Below the pieces are notes generated by a model. That model was not told the origin of the DNA. It worked only from the letters and a program-made list of their open reading frames with translations, and did no database searches. The translations under genes were made by a program, and so were the position numbers. Positions 35,069 through 46,099 of a stretch of 64,000 nt of DNA are shown piece after piece. The stretch is taken from assembly GCA_944363035.1 (NCBI GenBank), contig CALVTS010000001.1:691-64690 (forward strand), given 5' to 3'. Source of the DNA: an uncultured Clostridia bacterium. Its GTDB lineage: Bacteria; Bacillota; Clostridia; Christensenellales; CAG-917. Positions within the stretch are counted from its first letter, which is position 1; every line of letters begins with the position of its first letter.

Positions 35069-36018
35069 TGTCCCTCCTTATGCCGCTCTTCGGCGGCGAT
35101 CGTTGTTCCGTATCCGTCGGAGCGCGCAAAGGTCACGGAGATGCCTTTTCTCCGCGCCGCATCCGCGATCCTGCGTTCCGCGACTGCCCTTATCTCATCC
35201 TCGGAGCCGTCTTCCCATACGAGTTCCACCGTCGCTTCGGCATACTTTGTGCCGAAATCATACACTCTTACGCGCGCGTCCGTCACGCCTTTCTGCGAAA
35301 TACACAGATTTTTAATCCCGCTCACGCGCGCAATGTCCGCCGCGCCCGCCAGTTTCATGAACGCGCCGACGGCGAGCTTGACCCCCGACGCTATCATCAC
35401 CGCGCTGATGACTATGCCTATCACCGCGTCGATCGGGAAGGAGATGTAGCGGGAAAGAAAGAGCCCCAATAGCGCGAATGTCGTGATGCACGCGTCCATG
35501 ACGCTGTCCGTGATCTGCGCTTTGAGCACGTCGGACGGGGCTTTCTTCCACGCGAGGCGGAACATGACGGCAAGCCCTATCTTGACGACAATGGTCGCCG
35601 CGACTATGCCGAACTGCACCCACGCGAAAGTGACTATCGGATGATAAAATATCCTGTCCAACGCGGAATACGCAAAGCCGCCGCCCACAGCCATTATTAT
35701 TATCGCCATCACGAACGCGACGACGTATTCCACCCTGCCGAACCCTCCCGGGAAACGGCGGGTCGGGGGCTTGGTTGCGACTGCGAAGCCCGCCGCCGCG
35801 CCCGCGTTGGAAAGCACGTCTCCGAAGTTGTTCACTCCGTCCGTCAGGATGCTGAGGCTGTTGGTGTATACGCCCGTCATCACCTTGACCACGCCCAACA
35901 CAAAGTTCACGCCGCTCGCGGAAGAGGCGACGGCGATCTTCATGCCGCGCTCGTCAAGTCTCTTCCCGACCTTTCCGCCGTCGGCGGCGTTCTGCTTCGT
36001 CTTTGCACCAAAAGGCAT
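35065..36018 (-). CDS. Cation diffusion facilitator (CDF) family transporter
   Basis: Six TM segments, the motif SLSILTDGVNNFGDV, and a C-terminal cytoplasmic domain. The start MPFGAK at 36018 has RBS gggagga. Confidence 0.75.
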   Translation of the reverse strand: MPFGAKTKQNAADGGKVGKRLDERGMKIAVASSASGVNFVLGVVKVMTGVYTNSLSILTDGVNNFGDVLSNAGAAAGFAVATKPPTRRFPGGFGRVEYVVAFVMAIIIMAVGGGFAYSALDRIFYHPIVTFAWVQFGIVAATIVVKIGLAVMFRLAWKKAPSDVLKAQITDSVMDACITTFALLGLFLSRYISFPIDAVIGIVISAVMIASGVKLAVGAFMKLAGAADIARVSGIKNLCISQKGVTDARVRVYDFGTKYAEATVELVWEDGSEDEIRAVAERRIADAARRKGISVTFARSDGYGTTIAAEERHKEGQ

Positions 36019-36047
36019 TTTATCCTCCCGTTTCCGCAATGAAAACG

Positions 36048-37535
36048 TCAGTTGCTGTAAAGATGATTGTCCAAAAACTCGGGGTCGCAAGTGAGGTTCA
36101 CGCCGAGTTTTCTGAAAGGATCCTCATCTGCTTTGATGAGCATATGAGAGGAGTGCGCCTCTGAATCGCGAAGCTCTGAGAGCTTCTCGGTGGCGCGCGC
36201 CGCTTTGGGATCGGTGGCGGCGCATATGGAGAGCGCGAGCAGAGCCTCGTCCAATGTGAGGGGGTTCTCTCTCTCGTTGAGTATCTTTGTCTTCAAGTCG
36301 AGGATGGGCCCTATGACATACGGAGAGATGAGCTTGACTCTGTCCTCTATCCCTGCCAGCACCTTGACGGCGTTGAACACCGCCGCGGCGGAAGCGGACA
36401 TCATCTCGGTGTTTTTGCCCGTCACCGTCCTGCCGTCGGGAAGCTCTATCGCGACTGCGCCGTGCCCCGCGTTGAGAGCGTCCTTTTCCCTCGCCGCCGC
36501 GACCACCTTTCTGTCCGAGGGAGAGATGCCGAGCCCTGACATCAAAAATTCCAGCCTCTGGACGGTGGAGGGTTTCGCCGTACCGTTTTTGTAATCCACG
36601 AGCGCCTTGAAATAGCGGCGGATGACTTCCTGTTTGCTCGCCTCCACGCACGCCTCGTCGTCGGTTATGCAGTACCCCGCCATATTGACCCCCATATCCG
36701 TGGGCGAGCGATAGACCAGCTCGGTGCCCGAGATCTTGGTGAGGATGCTCCTCACCACGGGGAAGACGTCGATGTCGCGGTTGTAATTGACCGCCATCTT
36801 GCCGTACGCTTCAAGGTGGAAGTTGTCCACCTTGTTGACGTCTTTGAGGTCCGCGGTCGCCGCCTCGTACGCCACGTTGACGGCGTGTCCGAGGGGCAGG
36901 TTCCAGATGGGGAAAGTCTCGAACTTGGCATACCCCGCCTTTATGCCCCGCTTGTACTCGTGATAGAGCTGGCTGAGGCAGGTGGCGAGCTTGCCGCTCC
37001 CGGGACCGGGCGCGGTCGCCACGACGAGAGGACGCGTGGTCTCTATGTAAGGATTCGCGCCGTAGCCCTCGTCAGACACTATGGTGTCTATCTCGTGGGG
37101 ATACCCCTTGGTGGGACGGTGCAGATACACCTTTATCCCCCTGTTTTCCAGCTTGTATTTGTATGCGAGCGCCGCCTGCTGATCGCAGTACATTGTGATG
37201 ACCACGCAGTTGATGTATATCCCCATGCCCGAGATGTTGTCTATCATGCGCTCCACTTCGCTGCCGTAGGTGATGCCGTAATCCGCGCGGACCTTGTTTT
37301 TCTCGATGTCCCCCGCATTGACGCAGATGATGAGCTCGGACTTGTCTTTGAGCTTTTGCAGGAGCTTTATCTTCGCCGCTTTGTCAAAGCCCGGGAGCAC
37401 CCTCGCCGCATGGAGGTCGTCAAAGAGCTTGCCTCCGAATTCCAGATACAGCTTGTCAAAGCCGGAGATGCGTTCCAATATCTTCTCCGACTGCTTGCGC
37501 ATATACATTTCGCTGTCAAAACCTATCTTTTTCAT
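36048..37535 (-). CDS. DUF1846 / UPF0371 family protein
   Basis: KIGFDSEMYMRKQSEKILERI..KLYLEFGGKLFDDLHAARVLPGF is the characteristic UPF0371 N-terminus. The start at 37535 has RBS gaggag. Confidence 0.8.
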   Translation of the reverse strand: MKKIGFDSEMYMRKQSEKILERISGFDKLYLEFGGKLFDDLHAARVLPGFDKAAKIKLLQKLKDKSELIICVNAGDIEKNKVRADYGITYGSEVERMIDNISGMGIYINCVVITMYCDQQAALAYKYKLENRGIKVYLHRPTKGYPHEIDTIVSDEGYGANPYIETTRPLVVATAPGPGSGKLATCLSQLYHEYKRGIKAGYAKFETFPIWNLPLGHAVNVAYEAATADLKDVNKVDNFHLEAYGKMAVNYNRDIDVFPVVRSILTKISGTELVYRSPTDMGVNMAGYCITDDEACVEASKQEVIRRYFKALVDYKNGTAKPSTVQRLEFLMSGLGISPSDRKVVAAAREKDALNAGHGAVAIELPDGRTVTGKNTEMMSASAAAVFNAVKVLAGIEDRVKLISPYVIGPILDLKTKILNERENPLTLDEALLALSICAATDPKAARATEKLSELRDSEAHSSHMLIKADEDPFRKLGVNLTCDPEFLDNHLYSN

Positions 37536-37550
37536 ACACACTCCTCTTCC

Positions 37551-39971
37551 TCACTCCGGGAATCTTGCCGCCCCCGTGATGCCTGCCTTGAACATCCACT
37601 TGCCCTTGGTGGTGCGGGTGTCCAACCTGATGTCCTCGGTGTTTACGGTGAAGGTGTCCCCTCCCGAATTGACCGCCATATCGTAAGGCATCTTGACGGT
37701 GCCGATATACACAACTTTGCTCTTGTCCAATTCCGCTATCTTCACGCCTTTGAGATAGCGCGCGCCCGGGTCTATGGTGGAGGCGATGACCCTCTTGACA
37801 TAGCCGGTATCCGTCATGACGATGATCTCGCCCTCGTCGTCTATCTGTCCGCCGAAAGCGATCCTGTCTCCCTCGCCCAGTTTGACGCCGCGCACGCCCG
37901 CCGCCTTCCTGCCCTGGACGGGGATCTCCGTCACGCGGTAGACGAGGCAGAGCCCGCCCTCGGTCACTTCGAGGACGTTCATGTCGTCGTTGACGTTTTC
38001 GGCGTTGATGAGCTCGTCCCCCTCGCCGAGTATTATGGCGCTGCCGGGAGCGCGCATGGAGGTGAAATCGTTCCAGTCGCTCCTCTTCACCATGCCTCCG
38101 CGGGTGAAGAACACCAGCTCGCCCACGGGCGTGGAGGGGAAGAACATGAGCTTGACCGCCTTTTCGTCGGGATGGAGCTCGTGATTGAACTGGGAAAGAT
38201 TCATCCCCTTGTCCTTCCACTTGCGCTCGGCGATGTCCGTGACGTCCAGCCTTGCGATGTTGCCCCTGTCCGTGAATACGTAGATCCAGCCCTTATTGTT
38301 GACCGCGACCGCCTCCTTGGGGAGCTCCCCTTTTACGGACGTCATGTCTTTCACGAGGGCGGAATAATTCTTCTGCGACATGAAGCGGAGGGTACCCTCC
38401 GAGCCGCGCACGAGCACTCCGTCGCGGTAGCTCACCGCCTCCTCTGCGGTGGGGAGTTCCACCTTTTCCCCCTCTCCGCCGTCCAGGATGACGGAGACCC
38501 TGGCGGAGTTCATCGCCTTTTTTATCTGCAATATCTCGTCCTTTATCACCCCGTACTGTCTGCGCGGAGAGGCGAGCACGGCGGAAAGATACGCGATGCG
38601 TTTTTCAAGCTCGGCAAGTTCCTCTTCGAGCCTCCCGACTTCGAGATGAGTGAGCGCTTTGAGGCGCATATCCACGATGGCTTGCGCCTGATCCTCCGTG
38701 AGGTCGAACCTTTCGCGGAGGGCGAGTTTTGCTTTCGGAGTGGATTCCGAAGACTTGATTATCCTTATCACCTCGTCTATGTTGCGGATGGCTATCAGGA
38801 GCCCTCGCACTATCTCGGCGCGCTGTTTGGCGGCTTTGAGATCGAACGCGGTGCGGCGCACGATGACGTCCCTCTGATAGGCGACATAATAAGTCAGGAT
38901 GTCCTTCAAGCCCATCTGCTCCGGCTTTCCGCCCGCTATCGCCACCATATTGACGGAGTAGCCGAGCTCGAGATTGGTCTTCTTCATCAAAAATGAAACT
39001 ATCTTGCCCGCGTCGGTATCCCTTTTGAGCTTGATGACTGCGCGCATACCCGTCTTGTCGCTCTCGTCCACTATCTCGCTTATGCCGCCGAGGAGCTCCT
39101 TGTTTTCGTCGCGGAGCTTCGCGATGGATCTGAGCACGTCCGCCTTGGAGACCTGATAGGGCATCTCGGTGATGACGATGTTCTTCCTGCCGCCCTCCTC
39201 TTCGACGTGCAGACGGGCGCGCAGTTTGAGCTTGCCCTTGCCCGTCTCGTAGATGCTCTCCATGCTGTCCACGGGAATGATGAACCCGCCCGTCGGGAAA
39301 TCGGGACCGTGTATCACTTTGAGGAGTTCCGCCGTGGTGATCTTCGGGTCGTCGATGACAGCCACCACCGCGTCAATCGCCTCCCCCATGTTGTGGGGAG
39401 GGATGTTGGTGGCAAGCCCTACGGCTATGCCGCTCGCCCCGTTGACCAGCAGATTGGGGAATCTCCCGGGGAGCATATTGGGCTCCTCCATGCTGTCGTC
39501 GAAGTTGGGGCTCCATGTGACCGTGTCCTTGTCCAGGTCGCGCAGAAGTTCGAGCGCGAGAGGGCTCATGCGCGCCTCGGTGTACCTCATCGCCGCGGGG
39601 GGATCCCCGTCCGCCGAACCGAAGTTGCCGTGTCCGTCCACCAGCTTCATGCGCATGGAGAAGGGCTGAGCCATCCTCACCATCGCGCCGTAAACGGAAC
39701 TGTCGCCGTGGGGATGATATTTGCCCAGGCAGTCCCCTACTATGCGCGCGGACTTCTTGTAGGGCTTGTCGGGAGTGAGCCCCATCTCGTGCATGGCGTA
39801 GAGTATCCTCCTCTGCACGGGTTTGAGCCCGTCCTCGACGCGCGGAAGGGCGCGGTCCAGGATGACGTTTTCGGAATACGGCAACATACTGTTGTGCATG
39901 ACCTCTTCAAACACAACGTCATACACCGCCGCCGTATATTTGATCTCCTCATTCTTCTTGTGTCTCGGCAT
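37551..39971 (-). CDS. parC: Type IIA topoisomerase A subunit, ParC/GrlA-like (topoisomerase IV A)
   Basis: [22 protein letters not shown] carries the PVQRR form typical of ParC, where GyrA has PVHRR. HPHGD and the catalytic region are present. I could not find a GyrA-box (QRRGGKG) in the C-terminal domain. Confidence 0.7.
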   Translation of the reverse strand: MPRHKKNEEIKYTAAVYDVVFEEVMHNSMLPYSENVILDRALPRVEDGLKPVQRRILYAMHEMGLTPDKPYKKSARIVGDCLGKYHPHGDSSVYGAMVRMAQPFSMRMKLVDGHGNFGSADGDPPAAMRYTEARMSPLALELLRDLDKDTVTWSPNFDDSMEEPNMLPGRFPNLLVNGASGIAVGLATNIPPHNMGEAIDAVVAVIDDPKITTAELLKVIHGPDFPTGGFIIPVDSMESIYETGKGKLKLRARLHVEEEGGRKNIVITEMPYQVSKADVLRSIAKLRDENKELLGGISEIVDESDKTGMRAVIKLKRDTDAGKIVSFLMKKTNLELGYSVNMVAIAGGKPEQMGLKDILTYYVAYQRDVIVRRTAFDLKAAKQRAEIVRGLLIAIRNIDEVIRIIKSSESTPKAKLALRERFDLTEDQAQAIVDMRLKALTHLEVGRLEEELAELEKRIAYLSAVLASPRRQYGVIKDEILQIKKAMNSARVSVILDGGEGEKVELPTAEEAVSYRDGVLVRGSEGTLRFMSQKNYSALVKDMTSVKGELPKEAVAVNNKGWIYVFTDRGNIARLDVTDIAERKWKDKGMNLSQFNHELHPDEKAVKLMFFPSTPVGELVFFTRGGMVKRSDWNDFTSMRAPGSAIILGEGDELINAENVNDDMNVLEVTEGGLCLVYRVTEIPVQGRKAAGVRGVKLGEGDRIAFGGQIDDEGEIIVMTDTGYVKRVIASTIDPGARYLKGVKIAELDKSKVVYIGTVKMPYDMAVNSGGDTFTVNTEDIRLDTRTTKGKWMFKAGITGAARFPE

Positions 39972-39983
39972 GATGCTCTCCCG

Positions 39984-41951
39984 CTAGTTCTCCTCGCTCA
40001 CGGCGAAATCGTCCGTGCGGTTGAAATCCGCATACTTGTAGATATATTCCTTCCTCACCGTGCTGTCGTCGCCCATGAGGATGGTGATGCGCTTGTCCGC
40101 CGCCGCCGCGTCCTCCACCGTGACGCGGGTGAGCGCGCGATGGGCGGGATCCATGGTGGTGTCCCAAAGCTGTTCGGGATTCATCTCGCCCAATCCTTTG
40201 AAGCGTTGCAGGAGAGCGGACTTGCCCATCTCCTTCCTGCCCTCTTCGAGCGCGGCGTCGTCGTAGAAATATTTCACCTCGTCCTTCTTTTGCATCTTGT
40301 AAAGGGGAGGCATACCGATATAGACGTGCCCCTCCGTGATGAGCGGACGCATATAGCGGAAAAAGAATGTCAGCAGCAGAGCGCGGATATGCGCGCCGTC
40401 CTGGTCGGCGTCCGCGAGAATGATGACCTTGTCGTATTTCAGGTCCTCGATGTCGAAATCGGGCTCTATGCCCGTCCCGAGCGCGCTGATTATCGTGGAT
40501 ATCTCCTCGTTGGCGAGGATCTTTTCAAGAGGCGCCTTTTCCACATTGAGGGGTTTGCCTCTCAGCGGGAGTATGGCTTGGAAGCTCCTGTCCCTCGCCT
40601 GCTTTGCGCTCCCGCCGGCGGAATCCCCTTCAACGATGAAGAGCTCGTTGACGGCGGCGTTCCTGCCCGTACAGCTGCTCAGTTTGCCGATGAGATTCGC
40701 GCCGTTGAGTTTGTTTTGCTGTCTTGCGATGTCCTTGGCGCGCTTTGCCGCCTCGCGGGACTTCGCCGCGCCCATGGCTTTGGAGATTATCTTTTCGGCA
40801 GAGCTCTTGAACCCCCTCATGCCTATGAGAGCCTCCAGCTTTTCCGAGACGAGGTTCTCCACCTTGCTCTTGACTTCGGGATTGCCGAGCTTGCCCTTGG
40901 TCTGCCCTTCGAACTGCACGTTCTGCATCTTGACGGTGATGACCGCCACCATGCCCTCCCTGAAATCCTCGCCGAGCAGATTCGCCTGCTTGTCTTTCAG
41001 GATATTGTTCTTTCTCGCGAACTCGTTGAAAACTTTTGTGACAGCGGATTTGAAACCTGCCTCGTGGGTGCCGCCGTCCGGGGTGGGGATGTTGTTGACG
41101 TAGGAGTGGATGAACTCGGCGTAACCGTCGGTGTGCTGTATCGCCACCGCGACCTCGAATTTGTCCTCCTTCGCCTCAACGTACAAAGGCTTGTCGTAAA
41201 GAGGGGTCCTGCCCTCGTTGAGGTACTGCACATAGTCCGCGATACCACCCTTATAGCAGAACACGTCCCGCCGCGAGGAACCGCCCGCGAGAGGCAGACG
41301 CTTGTCCTCCACGACTATGGTCACCCCCCTGTTGAGATACGCCACTTCGCGCATCCTCTCGGTCACGTCGTCGTATTTGAACTCCTCGTTGCCGAACACG
41401 CGTTCGTCGGGTTTGAATGTGACGGTGGTGCCCTTTTCCTTGGTCTTGCCCACCAGGGTGAGCGGGGTCTTGACCACGCCGCTCTTTATCTTGCCGCCTA
41501 TCTGAGGAGAATAAAATTCCGCACGGTAGAGGTTGCCGTCCCTCTTCACTTCCACGGTGAGCCACTCAGAGAGCGCGTTGGTCACCGAGGCGCCCACGCC
41601 GTGCAGACCGCCGGAATAGGCATACTGTCCGCTGTCGAACTTCGCGCCCGCATGGAGCTGGGTGAACACCACCTCCACGCCGCTCACCTTGAGCTTGGGA
41701 TGCTTGTCCACGGGGATGCCGCGGCCGTTGTCGCTCACCCTCGCCACGTTGCCGTCCAGAAGCTCTATCGTGACGGTGTCGCCGTAGCCGTTGGCGACCT
41801 CGTCCACGCTGTTGTCGATGATCTCCCAAAGGATGTGATGCATCCCTTTGGAGCCCGTCGTACCGATGTACATCCCGGGACGTTTGCGCACCGCGTCCAG
41901 CCCTTCCAGGACGCGTATGTCACCGGCTTTGTAAGTTTGATCCTGAGCCAT
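39984..41951 (-). CDS. parE: Type IIA topoisomerase B subunit, ParE/GrlB-like (topoisomerase IV B)
   Basis: 655 aa, with VLEGLDAVRKRPGMYIG, DNGRGIP and the EGDSAGG Toprim motif. It is paired with the ParC-like gene. Confidence 0.7.
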   Translation of the reverse strand: MAQDQTYKAGDIRVLEGLDAVRKRPGMYIGTTGSKGMHHILWEIIDNSVDEVANGYGDTVTIELLDGNVARVSDNGRGIPVDKHPKLKVSGVEVVFTQLHAGAKFDSGQYAYSGGLHGVGASVTNALSEWLTVEVKRDGNLYRAEFYSPQIGGKIKSGVVKTPLTLVGKTKEKGTTVTFKPDERVFGNEEFKYDDVTERMREVAYLNRGVTIVVEDKRLPLAGGSSRRDVFCYKGGIADYVQYLNEGRTPLYDKPLYVEAKEDKFEVAVAIQHTDGYAEFIHSYVNNIPTPDGGTHEAGFKSAVTKVFNEFARKNNILKDKQANLLGEDFREGMVAVITVKMQNVQFEGQTKGKLGNPEVKSKVENLVSEKLEALIGMRGFKSSAEKIISKAMGAAKSREAAKRAKDIARQQNKLNGANLIGKLSSCTGRNAAVNELFIVEGDSAGGSAKQARDRSFQAILPLRGKPLNVEKAPLEKILANEEISTIISALGTGIEPDFDIEDLKYDKVIILADADQDGAHIRALLLTFFFRYMRPLITEGHVYIGMPPLYKMQKKDEVKYFYDDAALEEGRKEMGKSALLQRFKGLGEMNPEQLWDTTMDPAHRALTRVTVEDAAAADKRITILMGDDSTVRKEYIYKYADFNRTDDFAVSEEN

Positions 41952-42175
41952 CCCAACTCCCGGATTCCCGCAAGAACGGGCGCAACGTGCGCGCGCCCGT
42001 GTTACGCGAAAACCTAAAATATAGAATTATAAGAAGATTATACCACAATATCTTGGGATACAAAAGCGTTTTTCACAACTTAATGACAAATATCGCAACA
42101 ATTCTCAAAGCCGCGAGCGGGGTGGACGCAAAGCGGAGTTTTCCCTGAAACCGCCCCGCCCGAAAGAGGTCGGGA

Positions 42176-42213
42176 ATAAAGAAAAACGCCGCCCGACTCG
42201 GAGTCGGACGGCG
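42176..42213 (-). terminator. Rho-independent terminator after the hydrolase gene
   Basis: cgccgcccgactc-gga-gtcggacggcg, with a T-run on the minus strand (the plus strand reads aagaaaaa). Confidence 0.7.
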
Positions 42214-42229
42214 GAAGTCTCATGCGGCT

Positions 42230-43156
42230 TTACGCCTTGGCGGTCATCTTGTCTATCGTCGCCAAAAAGTCGGCGAACACTTCGTCGCGGCAGATCTCGT
42301 TGAGTATCTCGTGACGCGCGTCGGCATAGAGCTTGATGCTGACGTCTTTCACCCCGAGATCGACATATTGTTTGTACAGCTTCTCCACCAGCTTGCCCGC
42401 GCCGCCCACGGGATCCAGCGCGCCGCTGAATATCGCGATGGGCTTGTTTTTGTCTATGCCATCCAAATTCTCCTTTTTGTAGGAATCCTTCAACCCGTTG
42501 AAGAAGAACTTGAAGAAGGCGATGGACATCACGCCGCCGCACTGCTCGTCGAAGATGTATTTGCGCACCTGCTCCTTGTCGCGGGAGAGCCAGGCATATT
42601 CCGTCTTATCCTTTTTGAATTTGGCGTTATAGGAGCCGAAGCTGAGGGAATTGAGCAACTTGCCCTCCTTCTCGCCGCCGAGAAGTTTGTACTGCATATT
42701 CGCAACGGCGCAACCGACGCCGAGGAGCGCGCCCTTCATGCACGCCGAACCGCAGAGTATCGCGCCGCAGGAGTCGTTCTTCATCTCGATGTATCTCTGC
42801 CCCAGCATACTGCCGTAGCTGTGCCCGAGATAGACCACGGGCAGCCCGAAACGCTCTTTGAGGTGTGCGGTGATGGCGATCTCGTCGCGGACGGTGTCAT
42901 TGTAGATGTCCCCTTTGTGATAGCCGTACACGCCCTTCTTGCTCTGTTTGGTGGAGGTCATGCCGTGCGCGCGGTGATCGTCGGCGTACACTATGTATCC
43001 GTTGGCGTTGAGGAATTGGGCAAACGCGTCGTAACGTCTGGCGTGCTCCGCCATGCCGTGGGAGATCTGCACCACCCCTTTGGGGTTTTTCACATCGTTC
43101 CACAGATAGCATTGCAGGATGGTCTTGTCAAAACTTTCAAACTTTTCAGGTCTCAT
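42230..43156 (-). CDS. Alpha/beta hydrolase (lysophospholipase / monoacylglycerol lipase-like)
   Basis: 308 aa, with HGMAEHARRYDAFA, the nucleophile elbow GHSYGS and a C-terminal DARHE. Confidence 0.8.
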   Translation of the reverse strand: MRPEKFESFDKTILQCYLWNDVKNPKGVVQISHGMAEHARRYDAFAQFLNANGYIVYADDHRAHGMTSTKQSKKGVYGYHKGDIYNDTVRDEIAITAHLKERFGLPVVYLGHSYGSMLGQRYIEMKNDSCGAILCGSACMKGALLGVGCAVANMQYKLLGGEKEGKLLNSLSFGSYNAKFKKDKTEYAWLSRDKEQVRKYIFDEQCGGVMSIAFFKFFFNGLKDSYKKENLDGIDKNKPIAIFSGALDPVGGAGKLVEKLYKQYVDLGVKDVSIKLYADARHEILNEICRDEVFADFLATIDKMTAKA

Positions 43157-43290
43157 AATTCCGCCTCTCTTGTATGTTGAGTTGACCCGAATATCTTAAC
43201 ATAAGTCTATACGGATTGCAAACTAAATTTCTTCCCGCGCATACTATGTAAAACCGAAATTGCGCGCGCCGCGCTCCGAAGGAGGTCGTC

Positions 43291-44373
43291 ATGGGAAAGA
43301 TATTGCTCGCGGGAGGAGGGACGGGAGGACACATCTACCCCAATCTTGCCCTCCTTCCCGCCCTGGAAAGGCTGGGGATAGAGGCGGTGTACGGAGGAGG
43401 AGAGGGAGAGTGCGCCGAAGCGCGCGCCGCCGCCCTTGCGGGACTGGGATACTTCGGTGTCCCCGTCGTGAAATTCCGTCGCTCTCCCACCCCGAAAGCC
43501 ATGCTGGAAAACCTTGCGATCCCCTCCGTCCTGCGTCGCGGCACCCGCGCCGCCATGGAGGTCCTCATCCGCGAAAACGTGGAGCTCGTGTTCTCAAAAG
43601 GAGGGTTCGCCGCCCTCCCGTACGCACTGGCGGCGGCGAAACTCGGCATACCCCTCATCTGTCATGAATCGGACTCAACAGCGGGTTTATCAAACAAAAT
43701 AGCCGCATTAAAGGGTGGGATAGCGCTGACTGCGTATCCCGGGTCAAAGTTCGGAAAATTCGTGGGGATGCCCGTCCGCGAAGAGCTTTTCTGCCGAGAC
43801 CGTGAAAGAGCCGCCCGCGCTCTCGGCATCCCGCAAGGAGAAAAAGTGCTCCTCGTCGCGGGAGGGAGCAGCGGCGCGAAAGCGCTCAACGACGCCGTTT
43901 GCCGCCTCCTCCCCCACCTTGCCGACAAGTGGACGGTGATACACCTCACAGGCAGAGGCAAGGCGCAGGACGCCCCGCCGAAAAGCGAGCGCTATATCCC
44001 CCTGGAATACTCCGACGACATGGGGGCGCTCTATGCCGCGAGCGACGTCGTGCTCTCGCGGGCGGGGGCGACGGCGGTCGCGGAACTCGCCGCTCTCGGG
44101 AAGCGCGCAGTCCTCGTCCCTCTGCCCAAAGGCGCGTCTCGAGGGGATCAGATCCCCAATGCGGAACTCGCGCGCAGACACGGCGCGTTGGTCGTCATGC
44201 AGGACAAATACTTTCTCCACCGCCTCTATCCCACCCTCCTCAGAGCGTTTTCCTCCCCGCCGATGAACAGGATATCCTCCGACGCAAACGGAAAAATTGC
44301 GTCCGTGATAGATGTTACAATGCGGCGAGGTGTGAAATGCAAAGACAAAAAACCATCGCCAAATGGCTTGTGA
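43291..44373 (+). CDS. murG: Undecaprenyldiphospho-muramoylpentapeptide beta-N-acetylglucosaminyltransferase MurG
   Basis: GGGTGGHIYPNLAL and RAGATAVAELAALGKRAVLVP are present. Confidence 0.88.
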   Translation: MGKILLAGGGTGGHIYPNLALLPALERLGIEAVYGGGEGECAEARAAALAGLGYFGVPVVKFRRSPTPKAMLENLAIPSVLRRGTRAAMEVLIRENVELVFSKGGFAALPYALAAAKLGIPLICHESDSTAGLSNKIAALKGGIALTAYPGSKFGKFVGMPVREELFCRDRERAARALGIPQGEKVLLVAGGSSGAKALNDAVCRLLPHLADKWTVIHLTGRGKAQDAPPKSERYIPLEYSDDMGALYAASDVVLSRAGATAVAELAALGKRAVLVPLPKGASRGDQIPNAELARRHGALVVMQDKYFLHRLYPTLLRAFSSPPMNRISSDANGKIASVIDVTMRRGVKCKDKKPSPNGL

Positions 44374-45680
44374 TCATCCTGCTCCTGACGGTCGCCGTGG
44401 GAGCATACATAATCTACGACGCCGTATATGAAGGGGCAAGCGGCGGCGCGGCGGCGGACGACACGCGACCTCCCTCCTCGGACGCGGGAGAGACGCCCCT
44501 GCCCTCCGACCCCGACGACGAAGAGGAGGAGACGCCTCCGAGCCCGCCCTACTACACCGTCCTCCCCCGCCCCACGCAAAATTACGCGGGGATAGAGGTA
44601 GCCCACGCGGGCGGCGAAGGGGACGAGACCGTCCTGGGCGCGGTGTTCACCGCAGACGCGCGATACATATTTTTCTCCTCTACCTCTGAGGAATACGACT
44701 GTCGAGGAGGAGGGTTATACGCCGCGGTCATAACGGACGGAAAACTCATCGCCGTGACGCGGTTCGCTGACGCGGACTGCACTTTCGGAGGAGCGAAACT
44801 CACTTCCGGAGGAGTCGCGGTCGCGGTCTCGGACAATGAAAAAGGGAGTCTGTTGCTGTTCGCGGCAAACGGCACCGTAAAGGGGGAGACGGAGCTCCCC
44901 GCCTTTCGGAACGCCTTCCTCCTGCTCTCGGGCAAAGACCTCGAGATATTCCTCTCGGACGGGAGCGCGCTTATGAGTTGCAGTGTGGACGCTTCCCTTT
45001 CCGTCACCCGATCCCCCTTCCGTCACGCGGGTGCATACGCCGTGAAAGAGGGCTTCTCGGCAGGAGGGTCTTTCACCCTGATAGCCGAAGACGAAAGAGA
45101 TACCGTGGTGCTATCATATTCTCACGAACGAGGGTTTATAAGCAAAAAAGTATATGAAAAAACGCGTTTTATGCAGATAGTCCCCCTCGCGGGAGAGGAT
45201 GGCGCGGCGCTGTGTATGCTGGGCGACAGAGAGGACGGAGTCATCCTGTCCGTGCTCGGTCTCGACGGAGAGGAAGAGGCGGCGACCGTGGTGGAGGGCT
45301 CCTCCGAAGCCGCGCTTTTCGGGGACGGCGTCTCGGTGACACTCGTGCGCACGGGACTCACCGAGACCTATTGCAGACATCTCGACCTCATCTCATCCGA
45401 ACCCACAGACCTTGCCGTCGGGGAGATACTCGCCGTGAAGGAGAGCGGCGATGACCGCGTCATACTTTCGGTCGACGGCGAGGACAGAATGGACATACTC
45501 CTCTCCTCGAAGGGCGGCGGCTTCCTTTCGGTGGCGGAATGCGACTACGCGGAATGCAACGCGGTCTGCGAACTCATAGGCGGAGAGCTCGTCACGGTGT
45601 TCTCCACCACCTCAGACGAGGGCATATTTTTCGAGAGGTTCGGGGGCGCGGACGCATACTCCGTGAGCATACCTTTATGA
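44337..45680 (+). CDS. Membrane-anchored hypothetical protein (N-terminal TM helix, acidic/Pro linker, large extracytoplasmic domain)
   Basis: I chose the in-frame ATG at 44337 (MQRQKTIAKWLVIILLLTVAVGAYIIY), because the track's upstream extension from 43899 is Pro/Arg-rich junk overlapping murG. I recognise no family. Confidence 0.55.
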   Translation: MQRQKTIAKWLVIILLLTVAVGAYIIYDAVYEGASGGAAADDTRPPSSDAGETPLPSDPDDEEEETPPSPPYYTVLPRPTQNYAGIEVAHAGGEGDETVLGAVFTADARYIFFSSTSEEYDCRGGGLYAAVITDGKLIAVTRFADADCTFGGAKLTSGGVAVAVSDNEKGSLLLFAANGTVKGETELPAFRNAFLLLSGKDLEIFLSDGSALMSCSVDASLSVTRSPFRHAGAYAVKEGFSAGGSFTLIAEDERDTVVLSYSHERGFISKKVYEKTRFMQIVPLAGEDGAALCMLGDREDGVILSVLGLDGEEEAATVVEGSSEAALFGDGVSVTLVRTGLTETYCRHLDLISSEPTDLAVGEILAVKESGDDRVILSVDGEDRMDILLSSKGGGFLSVAECDYAECNAVCELIGGELVTVFSTTSDEGIFFERFGGADAYSVSIPL

Positions 45681-45736
45681 GCGCGCGCTCTTTCTTGACT
45701 GTTGACACACCGACGTTTTCGTAGTAAAATGCAAAT

Positions 45737-46093
45737 ATGGAAGTCAACATGAACGCCGATGTGAAAAAGGAAAACAAAGTCCTGCTCTTCGTAGGGCTGG
45801 GTTTTTCGATCGCGTCCTTCATCATGACGTTGGTGCCGTTGCTCCTCTTCTTCATCCCCGGAGGCGCAAACGGCGATTCTTCCTCCCCTCTTGTCGTGGC
45901 GGGGATATACGTCAACGCATTCGCCGTGGCGGCAAGCATAACCGGGGTGGTGCTCACCGCGCTCTGTCATCCCAAGTCAGGCGTGGCGAGGCTCAATCTG
46001 CTCTTCGCGGCGCTGGGTTTCGTCATCGGGCTTGCCTGTTTCATACTGAGTCTGATATTCGGTGTGGTGATACCCCTGCACGCAATGGGCTGA
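45737..46093 (+). CDS. Small membrane protein (3-4 TM helices), hypothetical
   Basis: 118 aa, hydrophobic segments, followed by a terminator. Confidence 0.5.
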   Translation: MEVNMNADVKKENKVLLFVGLGFSIASFIMTLVPLLLFFIPGGANGDSSSPLVVAGIYVNAFAVAASITGVVLTALCHPKSGVARLNLLFAALGFVIGLACFILSLIFGVVIPLHAMG

Positions 46094-46099
46094 AATTTC

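Noticed and set aside
37551-41951. Annotating the pair as gyrA/gyrB
   Set aside because: The PVQRR motif and the lack of a recognisable GyrA-box favour ParC/ParE. This is kept as a moderate-confidence call, since motif reading alone cannot settle it.
39207-42017. Very long plus-strand ORF (936 aa), and similar ones at 36816..38996, 59012..61048, 29668..31575, 33572..35449, 9436..10941 (minus), 10973..12367 (minus) and 61170..62597 (minus)
   Set aside because: These are shadow ORFs antisense to well-supported genes (parE, parC, thrS, dnaB, the phosphoesterases, the MFS pair). Their translations are R/G/H/V-rich with no recognisable motifs. Long antisense frames are expected at this GC content.
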